DNA of 64,000 nucleotides, taken from the NCBI GenBank assembly GCA_032718475.1, contig JAUCBJ010009100.1, positions 62,001-126,000 on the forward strand, written 5' to 3'. Below the pieces are notes generated by a model. The model searched no databases. It saw only the letters and a program-made list of their open reading frames with translations, and was not told where the DNA came from. Shown in pieces: positions 37,169 through 49,704 of this stretch (its first letter is position 1; each line of letters begins with the position of its first letter). Made by a program: the position numbers and the translations under genes. This DNA comes from Nemertoderma westbladi. Its lineage: Eukaryota; Animalia; Xenacoelomorpha.

Positions 37169-39290
37169 TATCTAACTCATAGATTTACTATATCTAACTC
37201 TTAGATTTACTATATCTAACTCAGATTTACTATATCTAACTCTTAGATTTACTATATCTAACTCATAGATTTACTATATCTAACACTTAGATTTACTATA
37301 TCTAACTCATAGATTTACTATATCTAACTCGTAGATTTACTATATCCAACTCTTAGATTTGCTATATCTAACTAATAGATTTACTATATCTAACTAATAG
37401 ATTTACTAAATCTAACTAATAGATTTACTATATCTAACTCATAGATTTACTATATCTAACTCATAGATTTACTATATCTAACTCTTAGATTTACTATATC
37501 TAACTCATAGATTTACCATATCTAACTAATAGATTTACTATATCTAACTAATAGATTTACTATATCTAACTCTTAGATTTACTATATGTAACTAATAGAT
37601 TTATTATATCTAACTAATAGATTTACTATATCTAACTCATAGATTTACTATATCTAACTCATAGATTTACTATATCTAACTCTTAGATTTACTATATCTA
37701 ACTCATAGATTTACCATATCTAACTAATAGATTTACTATATCTAACTAATATATTTACTATATCTAACTCTTAGATTTACTATATCTAACTCATAGATTT
37801 ACTATATCTAACTAATAGATTTACTATATCTAACTCATAGATTTACTATATCTAACTCATAGATTTACTATATCTAACTCATAGATTAACTATATCTAAC
37901 TCTTAGATTTACTATATCTAACTCATAGATTTACTATATCTAACTCTTAGATTTACTATATCTAACTCATAGATTTACCATATCTAACTAATAGATTTAC
38001 TATATCTAACTAATAGATTTACTATATCTAACTCATAGATTTGCTATATCTAACTCTTAGATTTACTATATCTAACTAATAGATTTACTATATCTAACTC
38101 ATAGATTTACTATATCTAACTAATAGATTTACTATATTTAACTCATAGATTTACTATATGTAACTAATAGATTTACTATATCTAACTAATATATTTACTA
38201 TATCTAACTCTTAGATTTACTATATCTAACTCATAGATTTACTATATCTAACTAATAGATTTACTATATCTAACTCATAGATTTACTATATCTAACTCAT
38301 AGATTTACTATATCTAACTCATAGATTAACTATATCTAACTCTTAGATTTACTATATCTAACTCATAGATTTACTATATCTAACTCTTAGATTTACTATA
38401 TCTAACTCATAGATTTACCATATCTAACTAATAGATTTACTATATCTAACTAATAGATTTACTATATCTAACTCATAGATTTGCTATATCTAACTCTTAG
38501 ATTTACTATATCTAACTAATAGATTTACTATATCTAACTCATAGATTTACTATATCTAACTAATAGATTTACTATATCTAACTCATAGATTTACTATATC
38601 TAACTAATAGATTTACTATATCTAACTAATAGATTTACTATATCTAACTCATAGATTTACTATATCTAACTCATAGATTTACTATATCTAACTCTTAGAT
38701 TTACTATATCTAACTCATAGATTTACCATATCTAACTAATAGATTTACTATATCTAACTAATATATTTACTATATCTAACTCTTAGATTTACTATATCTA
38801 ACTCTTAGATTTACTATATCTAACTAATAGATTTACTATATCTAACTCATAGATTTACTATATCTAACTCTTAGATTTACTATATCTAACTAATAGATTT
38901 ACTATATCTAACTCATAGATTTACTATATCTAACTCATAGATTTACTATATCTAACTCATAGATTAACTATATCTAACTCTTAGATTTACTATATCTAAC
39001 TCATAGATTTACTATATCTAACTCTTAGATTTACTATATCTAACTCATAGATTTACCATATCTAACTAATAGATTTACTATATCTAACTAATAGATTTAC
39101 TATATCTAACTCATAGATTTGCTATATCTAACTCTTAGATTTACTATATCTAACTAATAGATTTACTATATCTAACTCATAGATTTACTATATCTAACTA
39201 ATAGATTTACTATATTTAACTCATAGATTTACTATATGTAACTAATAGATTTACTATATCTAACTAATAGATTTACTATATCTAACTCAT

Positions 39291-39385
39291 TATTTTATAT
39301 TATTTAATTCCCTTGTATGGTTTAAATTTCCCGCCCTTTGCTCATTTGATAATATAAATCGACCTACGGCTGTAAAAAAAAAAAA
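39291..39385 (+). mobile_element. Identical poly(A) insert, copy b
   Basis: Same sequence and same flanking satellite variants 2217 bp downstream of copy a. Confidence 0.65.
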
Positions 39386-40619
39386 TATCTAACTCATAGA
39401 TTTACTATATCTAACTCTTAGATTTACTATATCTAACTCAGATTTACTATATCTAACTCTTAGATTTACTATATCTAACTCATAGATTTACTATATCTAA
39501 CACTTAGATTTACTATATCTAACTCATAGATTTACTATATCTAACTCGTAGATTTACTATATCCAACTCTTAGATTTGCTATATCTAACTAATAGATTTA
39601 CTATATCTAACTAATAGATTTACTAAATCTAACTAATAGATTTACTATATCTAACTCATAGATTTACTATATCTAACTCATAGATTTACTATATCTAACT
39701 CTTAGATTTACTATATCTAACTCATAGATTTACCATATCTAACTAATAGATTTACTATATCTAACTAATAGATTTACTATATCTAACTCTTAGATTTACT
39801 ATATGTAACTAATAGATTTACTATATCTAACTAATAGATTTACTATATCTAACTCATAGATTTACTATATCTAACTCATAGATTTACTATATCTAACTCT
39901 TAGATTTACTATATCTAACTCATAGATTTACCATATCTAACTAATAGATTTACTATATCTAACTAATATATTTACTATATCTAACTCTTAGATTTACTAT
40001 ATCTAACTCATAGATTTACTATATCTAACTCTTAGATTTACTATATCTAACTCATAGATTTACCATATCTAACTAATAGATTTACTATATCTAACTAATA
40101 GATTTACTATATCTAACTCATAGATTTGCTATATCTAACTCTTAGATTTACTATATCTAACTAATAGATTTACTATATCTAACTCATAGATTTACTATAT
40201 CTAACTCATAGATTTACTATATCTAACTCTTAGATTTACTATATCTAACTCATAGATTTACCATATCTAACTAATAGATTTACTATATCTAACTAATATA
40301 TTTACTATATCTAACTCTTAGATTTACTATACCTAACTCATAGATTTACTATATCTAACTAATAGATTTACTATATCTAACTCATAGATTTACTATATCT
40401 AACTCATAGATTTACTATATCTAACTCATAGATTTACTATATCTAACTCTTAGATTTACTATATCTAACTCATAGATTTACTATATCTAACTCTTAGATT
40501 TACTATATCTAACTCATAGATTTACCATATCTAACTAATAGATTTACTATATCTAACTAATAGATTTACTATATCTAACTCTAACCAAATCTAACTCTAA
40601 CTCTATATCTAACTCTAAC

Positions 40620-43196
40620 TCTAACTTTCAACCAATGTAGTTAAACTACCCAGTGGTGCCGATTTTAGGTACAGAAATCCCCACGATTTAACAGTGAACA
40701 GTAATGGCAAGCGTTTTTGCCAACTACTTACTGATTGTGATCTATTGAACATTAGTTATGGGTGTTTCGGTAATATTATGTTTGGTGGTGCCTTAACATA
40801 CCATAGGAAAGGAAAACATATTTCTGAGCTTGACCGTGCTGCGGTCAGCACTAACTTTATTAGTAACATCACTGCTTTTGGTGTAGTTGATCAGAGGTTG
40901 CCCTCTGACCATAATGCCATTTATTTGAATGTGAAACTTGATAATGTACCTACCGCAGCACATTTACTGGCTCGCTCACTTTGGCTTGGTAGTTATTCTG
41001 AATTTTGTGAAAAAGCCCCTAAGCCTTCATGTAGGAAACCCATAAAACCACGCCAATTGGTACCGACTATATTTCGTTCGTCGCTCAGTGTCATGGAACC
41101 AAACATGCAGCACACAATTGCCCAAGATTTACTATTGCATCTGAAGCCTTTGTAGCTGCAATTTATTCCGCTGCTAGTTCTGCATGTGTTTCCACCAGTA
41201 AAGGTATTCCTGTCCATTTCTCAGGTAATGCTTTCAGTCAACCCAACCAGGTATGGAATGAACTAGCCTATAGCTGCAATGAGCGCACTATTTGGAACCG
41301 AATAAACTGGAAGGGTGGTCTCGAACCTAGTACATCGTCCTCCCACAGCGATAATAAACCGACTGATATAGAATTTGCAGAACATTTTGAAAAACTGTTG
41401 TGCACTGACCCGGCATCTACATTGGATGATCCTGTCCTCACTCATGACTGTCCATTTATCCCATTGCTTGATTCGCCAATAAACATCAATGAAGTTTTAG
41501 TCGGAATTAATTCATTGAAGCCTAACAAAGCTGCAGGGCCGGATGGTGTTTCCCCAGGAATCCTCAAATTCCTACCTTATAGATGGTTATTGTTTCTTCT
41601 ATCTTTGTTTAATTCAATATTTCTTGGCTCCACTTTCCCCACATCTTGGTGTCAGTCCCGCCTGGTGGCTGTTTTCAAACGTGGGTCACGTATAATTTGC
41701 ACTAATTATCGTGGTATTTCCATCCTGAATGCGATCGCAAAATTATATGACTGGATTCTCTGTCAGCGCCTTTCTCAATGGTGCGCACCAGATATTGAGC
41801 AAGCTGGTGCCCAATAAAACGCCGATGCGAGGAACATATTTTAACTCTCCACTTATTGATTAACTATGCCACTTTCAAGAGGTGTAAACTGTTCATAATC
41901 TTTGTAGATTTTGCCACTGCCTATGATCGAGTCTCCCGCCATAAATTATTTCAGTTACTTAAATCCATGGGTTGTGGCGGTGTTATGCTAAGGGCGCTTA
42001 TGGCATTATATTATAGATCTACAGTAAGTGTGATAGGATCCTCACTTATACAAAGTATTTGCGGTGTTCTGCAGGGTGCACCTGGTAGTTGTAGATTGTT
42101 TGCGTTCTATATAAATCCTCTGATCACACGACTGAAGCAATGTACTGATGACGGATTCCTGAAGGCTCTTCATTGTCTTCTTCTAATGGATGATTCGGCC
42201 TTGTTAGCAACTTCTCGTGTACGAGCTTTTGAGAAACTGAATATTCTTCTTAAATTTTGTGAGGACTTTAACATGTCTATAAATCTTTCGAAGACTAAGT
42301 TCATGGTCATCAATGGCAGTATACACGATAAAGTCGATCTCGTTGTTTCATCCAATATCTCTAACATTATTGTAAAGAATACAAAGTCCTACATATACTT
42401 AGGCGCATCAATCAGTGAAGCCGGGGGTATCAACCAATCTGTTGTACTACATGCAAAGGAAAAAACCAAACATGTATCTAAATACCACGCCTTCCTTAAT
42501 AAACATTCCATTAGCCCTCTATGGGTTAAACTTTTAGTTTTTGATGCAGCTGTGACTTCAGCAATCTTTTATAGCTGTGAGACTTGGCTAGGCGCAAACA
42601 TTACCCCAACTTCCTCGCAATACTTCAGTATGCTCAAGTCTGCGATTGGTGTCCGCAGCCAGACCTGTCATGATATATTGTTAATTGAGACAGGTCGCCC
42701 TTCACCAAAGACTCTGATTGAAACACGGCAACGCAAGTTTCTGAAGGCAATGTTAGCTCACCCCGACCTACACGGCCCATTATTCTTTGCACTAGACCTT
42801 GTGAGAGGAACACGAAGTGGGGACTTCGCGCAGCACGAAGTTGGCAGAGCCTTAGCGAATTGACACTGTTAGGGGGTAGGTCAATTTATGCAAATAGTCA
42901 CGTTGGCCCTCTAGCGGCAGACTGGAGAACTGCAGATGGATTCGCCTCCTTTGAAAGTCACAGCTAATGGTCTAATACATATCTGCCAAGTTTCAGCTTA
43001 AACGGATTAAATGCAAAGAAATGGGAGGGCATTTAATGTTTAGACATGTGGCCCTCTAGCGGGAGACCATTGCACTGATGGTGTCTGAAAGTCTCTCAAA
43101 AATCTCAACTTTTGCTCATATTGATACCTACAAATTTTCAACTTGGCAGCTTTAAATCCGACAAAGTTATTAGCATGTCAAAATCGTAACGACGAC

Positions 43197-43238
<42 letters not shown>

Positions 43239-44390
43239 AACGACGACGACGACGACGACGACAACTATTTGCATAAATTGACCCACCCCCTAACAGTGTC
43301 AATTCGCTAAGGCTCCGCCAACTTCGTGGCTCGCCCCACAAACAGCGGAATGGGTAAAGCTATTACCATGCAGTTGGACTCATTAGACCGGAATTGTGTT
43401 TTGATAGACCGTGAGGCCATCGTAAATCACATTAATTGTAGTACCACTACCCGCCGCAGCGTGTACCGTTCTTTGAACCCAACACTAACTTCTCACGCAT
43501 TGTATAATTCTAGAATTTTAGGACTTTCGGAGGCTGCGAGACTGTCTTGGTCTAGATTTAGGCTAATGTCTACGCACCTAGCAGTGGAAACTGGTCGTTG
43601 GTCGCGTCTGCCAGATGAATTAAGGATGTGTAAGTGCGGTTCGATACAAACCGAAATACATATTATATGTGAGTGCCAGTTACTAGCCACCCTGCGTGGC
43701 ACACATAGCAATCTATCGTTTACTTCAATAGAGGGTTTCTTCTCGGATAAACATCTGCATGATTGCTGCAACTTCTTGCATGCTGCTCTTATCATTTTAG
43801 AGTAGTCCACCCCCCCCCCCCCCCCCCCCCCCCCCCAATAAGCTACAAAGTATGCCATCAAGTTGTTTGTTCTTTTTCTATTTACATTATTTATTTATTT
43901 ATTCAATTTATTTTACATTACGAACATACTTACTATATATATATTTTCTTTATTTTTTTGATACCGCCCTGACTGGCTTCTTTTTGGACAAATTAAGTGT
44001 TAATCAATTAGTTATTGGGTATGACTGTTGATAACAATTATAATTAATTACATCGCATTTTCTACCGTGTCCGTTTGAATCTGTATTATTGTGTCTTGTC
44101 ATTGATCCCGCTTGCAATTCATTAGTTTATCATTATTGTTAATCGATTAATTATTATTACTGAGGAATCATACACATATTGTTCTCGTTCCCTAGTGGTC
44201 TGCTGCATGCTATAGTTTGTCACATTGTTCTTGTTATTGTTTTTATGACTGCTTACAAATGTACTGTATTTGTTTGTATCAATGTTGTGTCTTCCTTACA
44301 TATATTGTTATGTTACCTGTTTGTATTTTTCTGTTACTTTCTTTCATCAGTCGCTTGTGGAACTTAATTATGTCAATAAACTAATCTAAT
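40620..44390 (+). mobile_element. 5'-truncated, degenerate LINE (RTEX/L2-like ORF2 fragments 40694-41155, 41398-41817, 41856-~42810, ~43341-43805)
   Basis: LD..LPSDH (end of endonuclease), KAAGPDG, NYRGISI, FVDFATAYD, GVLQG, LMDD, C-terminal ETGRW..R.CKC..TEIH..C. Ends AATAAA(CTAAT)n. Confidence 0.9.
42810..43341. mobile_element. Non-autonomous DNA element, Helentron/DINE-like or MITE, nested in the LINE
   Basis: 65-bp subterminal inverted arms (42834-42898 and 43264-43328) and an internal (ACG)n microsatellite. It interrupts the LINE frame at DLVRGT|NSGMG. Confidence 0.7.
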
Positions 44391-45764
44391 CTAACTCATA
44401 TATTTACTATATCTAACTCATAGATTTACTATATCTAACTCATAGATTTACTATATCTAACTCATAGATTTACTATATCTAACTAATAGATTTACTATAT
44501 CTAACTAATAGATTTACTATATCTAACTCATAGATTTACTATATCTAACTCATAGATTTACTATATCTAACTCTTAGATTTACTATATCTAACTCATAGA
44601 TTTACTATATCTAACTCATAGATTTACTATATCTAACTAATAGATTTACTATATCTAACTCATAGATTTACTATATCTAACTCATAGATTTACTATATCT
44701 AACTCTTAGATTTACTATATCTAACTCATAGATTTACTATATCTAACTCATAGATTTACTATATCTAACTCATAGATTTACTATATCTAACTAATAGATT
44801 TACTATATCTAACTCATAGATTTACTATATCTAACTCATAGATTTACTATATCTAACTCTTAGATTTACTATATCTAACTCATAGATTTACTATATCTAA
44901 CTCATAGATTTACTATATCTAACTCTTAGATTTACTATATCTAACTCTTAGATTTACTATATCTAACTCTTAGATTTACTATATCTAACTCATAGATTTA
45001 CTATATCTAACTCATAGATTTACTATATCTAACTAATAGATTTACTATATCTAACTCATAGATTTACTATATCTAACTCATAGATTTACTATATCTAACT
45101 CATAGATTTACTATATCTAACTCATAGATTTACTATATCTAACTCATAGATTTACTATATCTAACTCTTAGATTTACTATATCTAACTCTTAGATTTACT
45201 ATATCTAACTCTTAGATTTACTATATCTAACTCATAGATTTACTATATCTAACTCATAGATTTACTATATCTAACTAATAGATTTACTATATCTAACTCA
45301 TAGATTTACTATATCTAACTCATAGATTTACTATATCTAACTCATAGATTTACTATATCTAACTCATAGATTTACTATATCTAACTCATAGATTTACTAT
45401 ATCTAACTCATAGATTTACTATATCTAACTCATAGATTTACTATATCTAACTAATAGATTTACTATATCTAACTCATAGATTTACTATATCTAACTCATA
45501 GATTTACTATATCTAACTCATAGATTTACTATATCTAACTCATAGATTTACTATATCTAACTAATAGATTTACTATATCTAACTCATAGATTTACTATAT
45601 CTAACTCATAGATTTACTATATCTAACTCATAGATTTACTATATCTAACTCATAGATTTACTATATCTAACTCATAGATTTACTACATCTAACTCATAGA
45701 TTTACTATATCTAACTAATAGATTTACTATATCTAACTCATAGATTTGCTATATCTAACTCTTA
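44389..45764 (-). repeat. 22-bp satellite, block 3, inverted
   Basis: Same unit as block 2. Confidence 0.99.
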
Positions 45765-45813
45765 AATCATCAAATGTTATCGTCAAAAATAAATCGTCAA
45801 ATCTCAAATCTTA

Positions 45814-46976
45814 GATCATCGAGAACCAGCACGGCTTGGCTAAGGGTCGGTCCAGTCGGTAGACTCTGTCGCGTATCCGTACCACCCCTCTCGAACCCCG
45901 AAGGGATCGGTCATCGAGAACCAGTACGGCTTGGCTAGGAGTCTGTCGTGTCGGTGGACCCGTTCACGTGTCTGTTCCACCCCTCACGAACCCCGAAGGG
46001 TTCGATCATCGAGAACCAGAACGGCTTGGCTAGGGGTCCGTCGGTTCATCACAGAAACCCAACCACCTAGGCTTTCCGAGTCCCTTTCAGGCTCGTAGTC
46101 ACTTCGGCAGCCGAGAAACTGCTCCGAACAGTCGGTAGGCCAGTAGAGTCTAGTCGAGTCTAGTCCTTTGTCTTTCGACCCCATCGCGTGTCCGTTCCAC
46201 CCCTCACGAACCCCGAAGGGAACGATCATCGAGAACCAGTACGGCTTGGCTAAGGGGTCTGTCGTCGGTTCCCGTCACAGATCCCGGTACAAGCAGTCAG
46301 CGTTCCGAGTTCTTTTCAGTCTCGTAGTAGCTGCCGTTGACCAGAGACCGCTAAGGGCAGTCCTCGTCAAACCCGTCCTGTGGCCAGCCCTTTCGCATGT
46401 CCGTCCCACCCCTCGCGAACCCCGAAGGGATCGGTCATCGAGAACCAGTACGGCTTAGCTCAGGGGGCAGTCGTTAGTTGGCCACCCGTTCGCGTGTCCG
46501 CTCCACCCCTCACGAACCCCGAAGGGTTCGATCATCGAGAACCAGAACGGCTTGGCTACTAAGGGGCCGTCGTTTCCCGTCGCAAATCCCTGACACAAGC
46601 AGTCAGCGTTCCGAGTTCTTTTCAGTCTCGTAATAACTGCTGTTGGCCAGGGACCGCTAAGGGCAGTCCTTGTCCTTTAGGCCTGGCGCATTACCAAATC
46701 CACCCCTACAGGCAGCAGGAAGTTGGCCAGGGCCTAATAGTACTCAGGCTAACCTGAATACTGCTTGCATTTTCCATCCCCCCTGGCCCTTATAACTATG
46801 AAATTATTCCCGTACCCTGTAAGTCGCCCCAAAGTTCGCCCATAAATCGCCCCCAGTTTATTGAGTGTGCCCAAAACCCATGGTCCCGCACCCAGTAGTA
46901 ATATCGGAATAATCAATTTTAAATAAAATACAAAAATATTCAACTCGCGTTATGGAAAGTTGAAATACCGCGAACA
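45814..46976 (-). repeat. 3' LTR of copy 2 (type A), truncated within the last hairpin module
   Basis: Near-identical to the reverse complement of 15169-16332. Confidence 0.95.
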
Positions 46977-47141
46977 GTCCCCCCCAATGACCTTCGTGAA
47001 GTCTGTCGGTCGATTGAGTTTGCGTAGGTCATTCCCAATATAAAAAACCCAAATTTAATATTGCATAGTTTTTAATTAATTTGGCCTAGAGTTTGTATAA
47101 AAATAAATGTTCGATAAATGTTCCTGGAATATCCCGATCCA

Positions 47142-49703
47142 CTATTTCTTTCTCTGATACGCCTTTCGTCTCTTCGCCCGTCGACTCTCATCGATCGCTA
47201 TGGCTGGTAGAGGAGCGTCAACATCCATCGTGAGTAACGCTTCGGCTTGTCTCCTGGCGGCTCTTCCTTTCGAAGGCATAGGGATCATGTCGGTTCGTCT
47301 TTCCAACTCAGATTTGCGTGCCTCTAGGAACCACTCTCCGTCACAGAACTCCTCTTTATACGAGTATAATCGTCTAATGACTTCAAATGGACCGAATAAT
47401 CCGGCGCTCAGTAGCAGATCCACGTAATGGAAAGGTAGCGTGGCCGACGTGTGGAGGCGTTCCGGGAAGGAGAAATACCCGCACGCCATCTCCTGCGCGA
47501 TATTCCGAGCGTTTCTCCGAACCTTGGTCTTTAAGTGGCTGTTTGCGTATGTTTCAAACATGACCATATTTCCCATAGCGGTAACGTCTTTGGTTGGACA
47601 TTTGATATAGCAGCGGGGGCTAGAGGAATGTCCACGGAAACCGCACGTGGTGCAGAGGTTATATAGGATCGGACAGACGGAAACGTTGTGGCCCGAAGTC
47701 GCGCAGTATGGGCAATAGAGTATCCCGAGGAGCTGGAGGCATGAATCGGTAACCCGATTCCTTCTGCCGCGTGGGCACTGCTCCGAGCCGCAGTTGCCGC
47801 AATCTTCCAATTGCATCTCTCGACCGGGGAATATCGGAATCGGGCAGCCGACGTAGTATTCGAGTCGTCGGTCGCTCTTCGGAATATTCTCGGTGGTCGG
47901 TAGCCCGCGGAATGCTAGGCTTTTGCGTAGTAGGTTCTCGCTCCGATAACCTTCTTTGTGTCCCGCTGGTCTCAACTCGGATGACCGTTTCTGGCGGTGG
48001 ATCCATTCAGTTTGCTCGGCGTACCAACGGGTTAGTCGCATAGGGTCCTGAGGAACGGCGGGTGTAGTAGCCACCGCTGGTCGGCGAAGAGGTGCCGGGG
48101 TTTTAGACGGAGGGATACCGAGGAGATCGTCGGGGGTCGGCGCATCGCTGGGGCCCTCCTCGACCAGTATCGCTGAGCGGGTCCGTTGGTGGCTGGTACT
48201 CGGAATCTCCGACGACCAATCTTCGCCACCCGGGAAAGGATACGGGGATAACCGTTGGCATATGTTGCCGAAGTCGCTCAATGCAGCTGTAGTGGCTACC
48301 TCCCTCGCGGGGCTACCGGAGCCGCGTGGGGTGTAAACGCCTGCTCTCTTCATCGGTTCGGCCGAGGCAACCCGTTTGGCGGCCGGTCCATACGCGGCCT
48401 CCGGCTCGAGTTGTCGCTTCGGGGTGGAGAGTAGAACACCCTCGTTTAGCCATATCTCTTCCCCTTCCGAAGAGATCAGAGGCTCCTCCGCACCGAGAAG
48501 TTCGGTAATCGTAGGGATGTCATAAGGTCCGCTCTCGTCCCAGGAATCGATAACGGCGAGCGTTTTAGTCTCTCCCGGTGCGATGTTCTCGACCGCTTTG
48601 AACGCGTGGTGTATGACCTCGTTCCAGTCGTAGTCGACGAAGGAAAGGGGGACCGCCGTAATAAGGTTATCGAGAGTTCTACAGATAAACTTAGCGACGG
48701 TGTAGCATTCCATAACGACGTAAACGTAGTTCCGTCGATCGGGATTCTCCCATCTTTGGTGTATCGTCCACTTCCGATCAACGTCCTTCCATCGACCCTC
48801 TCGCTCGCTCTTTATTTCTAATCCCGGGTATCCACCGTATATTTTATTATAGTCCCGGAATTTCTGGGGTTTGAAGTCGATACCGCCGTTTAGCACAGCG
48901 AGGTAGCCGATCCCGGATTTCGTCGGTCTCACCTCTTGGAATCCTCGCATGAACTCGGCGAATCGTAACCAGGCTAGTAGCGTTTGAGTGTCGATGCAAT
49001 GGCTAAGGGCGTTGAGGTCGTCTCGTCGGTTTCTTCCTGCAGGGGCGTTCGGGTAGTCGTTCCGGACGTCAGCCTTGATATCCGACCCGATTTTAATGAC
49101 GTCGAAGTCGAAGAGGATCTTTTGGATTTCCGGAGGCAGCAACCAGATCGCTCCGGCTGCCTGCACTTCCTGTCTGGGTGTCGGGAATATTCGGCACACC
49201 AGTACCAAACCGTCCAGGGTTCCGAGGACGACGACTAAGGATCGACCGTATTCTTTCGCCCCGTACTTTTCCTGGTAGTCGTCTCGGTTCTGGATAATCG
49301 ATACGCGTTCCTCTCGAAGCGTCGCCGTACACTCCGACAGGTTTCCCCAGTGGGCGAGGTACGTACTCTTGTTGTCGACGAAACTTTGACATCTCGCCAA
49401 CGTAATCGCTTTCGAGGTGGGCGTCGCGTTTCCCTCGTTGTCGTAGATCAAACATCGGGATCTGTAGACGCTCTGCCAGAACGTTTCCCAAAACGACGAA
49501 TCGTCCCCTCCGGTTGCCTTTGCGTTCCGAGTTCTTTTCAGTCTCGTACTAGCATCGGCTAACTGGAGGGCTCGTAGATTCTTAGAATCCGGTCCCTCTC
49601 GCCCGGTGAATTTAATGACTCGCACGTTCTCATTTAGCAGGGTGCTCCAATTTGTATCAAAGTCAGGGGATCCGGGTTGCGAATATTCCAGTAGATCTAT
49701 CAT
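47142..49703 (-). CDS. ORF3, downstream duplicate (853 aa, lacks the first 13 aa): DEDDy exonuclease-like domain plus zinc knuckles
   Basis: Uninterrupted ORF. IYDNE, KIGSDIKAD and YVVME motifs, CxxC..GH..C knuckles, basic C-terminus RRAKRRKAYQRKK. Confidence 0.85.
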   Translation of the reverse strand: MIDLLEYSQPGSPDFDTNWSTLLNENVRVIKFTGREGPDSKNLRALQLADASTRLKRTRNAKATGGDDSSFWETFWQSVYRSRCLIYDNEGNATPTSKAITLARCQSFVDNKSTYLAHWGNLSECTATLREERVSIIQNRDDYQEKYGAKEYGRSLVVVLGTLDGLVLVCRIFPTPRQEVQAAGAIWLLPPEIQKILFDFDVIKIGSDIKADVRNDYPNAPAGRNRRDDLNALSHCIDTQTLLAWLRFAEFMRGFQEVRPTKSGIGYLAVLNGGIDFKPQKFRDYNKIYGGYPGLEIKSEREGRWKDVDRKWTIHQRWENPDRRNYVYVVMECYTVAKFICRTLDNLITAVPLSFVDYDWNEVIHHAFKAVENIAPGETKTLAVIDSWDESGPYDIPTITELLGAEEPLISSEGEEIWLNEGVLLSTPKRQLEPEAAYGPAAKRVASAEPMKRAGVYTPRGSGSPAREVATTAALSDFGNICQRLSPYPFPGGEDWSSEIPSTSHQRTRSAILVEEGPSDAPTPDDLLGIPPSKTPAPLRRPAVATTPAVPQDPMRLTRWYAEQTEWIHRQKRSSELRPAGHKEGYRSENLLRKSLAFRGLPTTENIPKSDRRLEYYVGCPIPIFPGREMQLEDCGNCGSEQCPRGRRNRVTDSCLQLLGILYCPYCATSGHNVSVCPILYNLCTTCGFRGHSSSPRCYIKCPTKDVTAMGNMVMFETYANSHLKTKVRRNARNIAQEMACGYFSFPERLHTSATLPFHYVDLLLSAGLFGPFEVIRRLYSYKEEFCDGEWFLEARKSELERRTDMIPMPSKGRAARRQAEALLTMDVDAPLPAIAIDESRRAKRRKAYQRKK

Positions 49704-49704
49704 G

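Larger units (their letters stand above)
35178..40580 (-). repeat. 22-bp satellite, block 2, inverted relative to block 1
   Basis: (ATAGATTTACTATATCTAACTC)n is the reverse complement of the block-1 unit. Confidence 0.99.
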
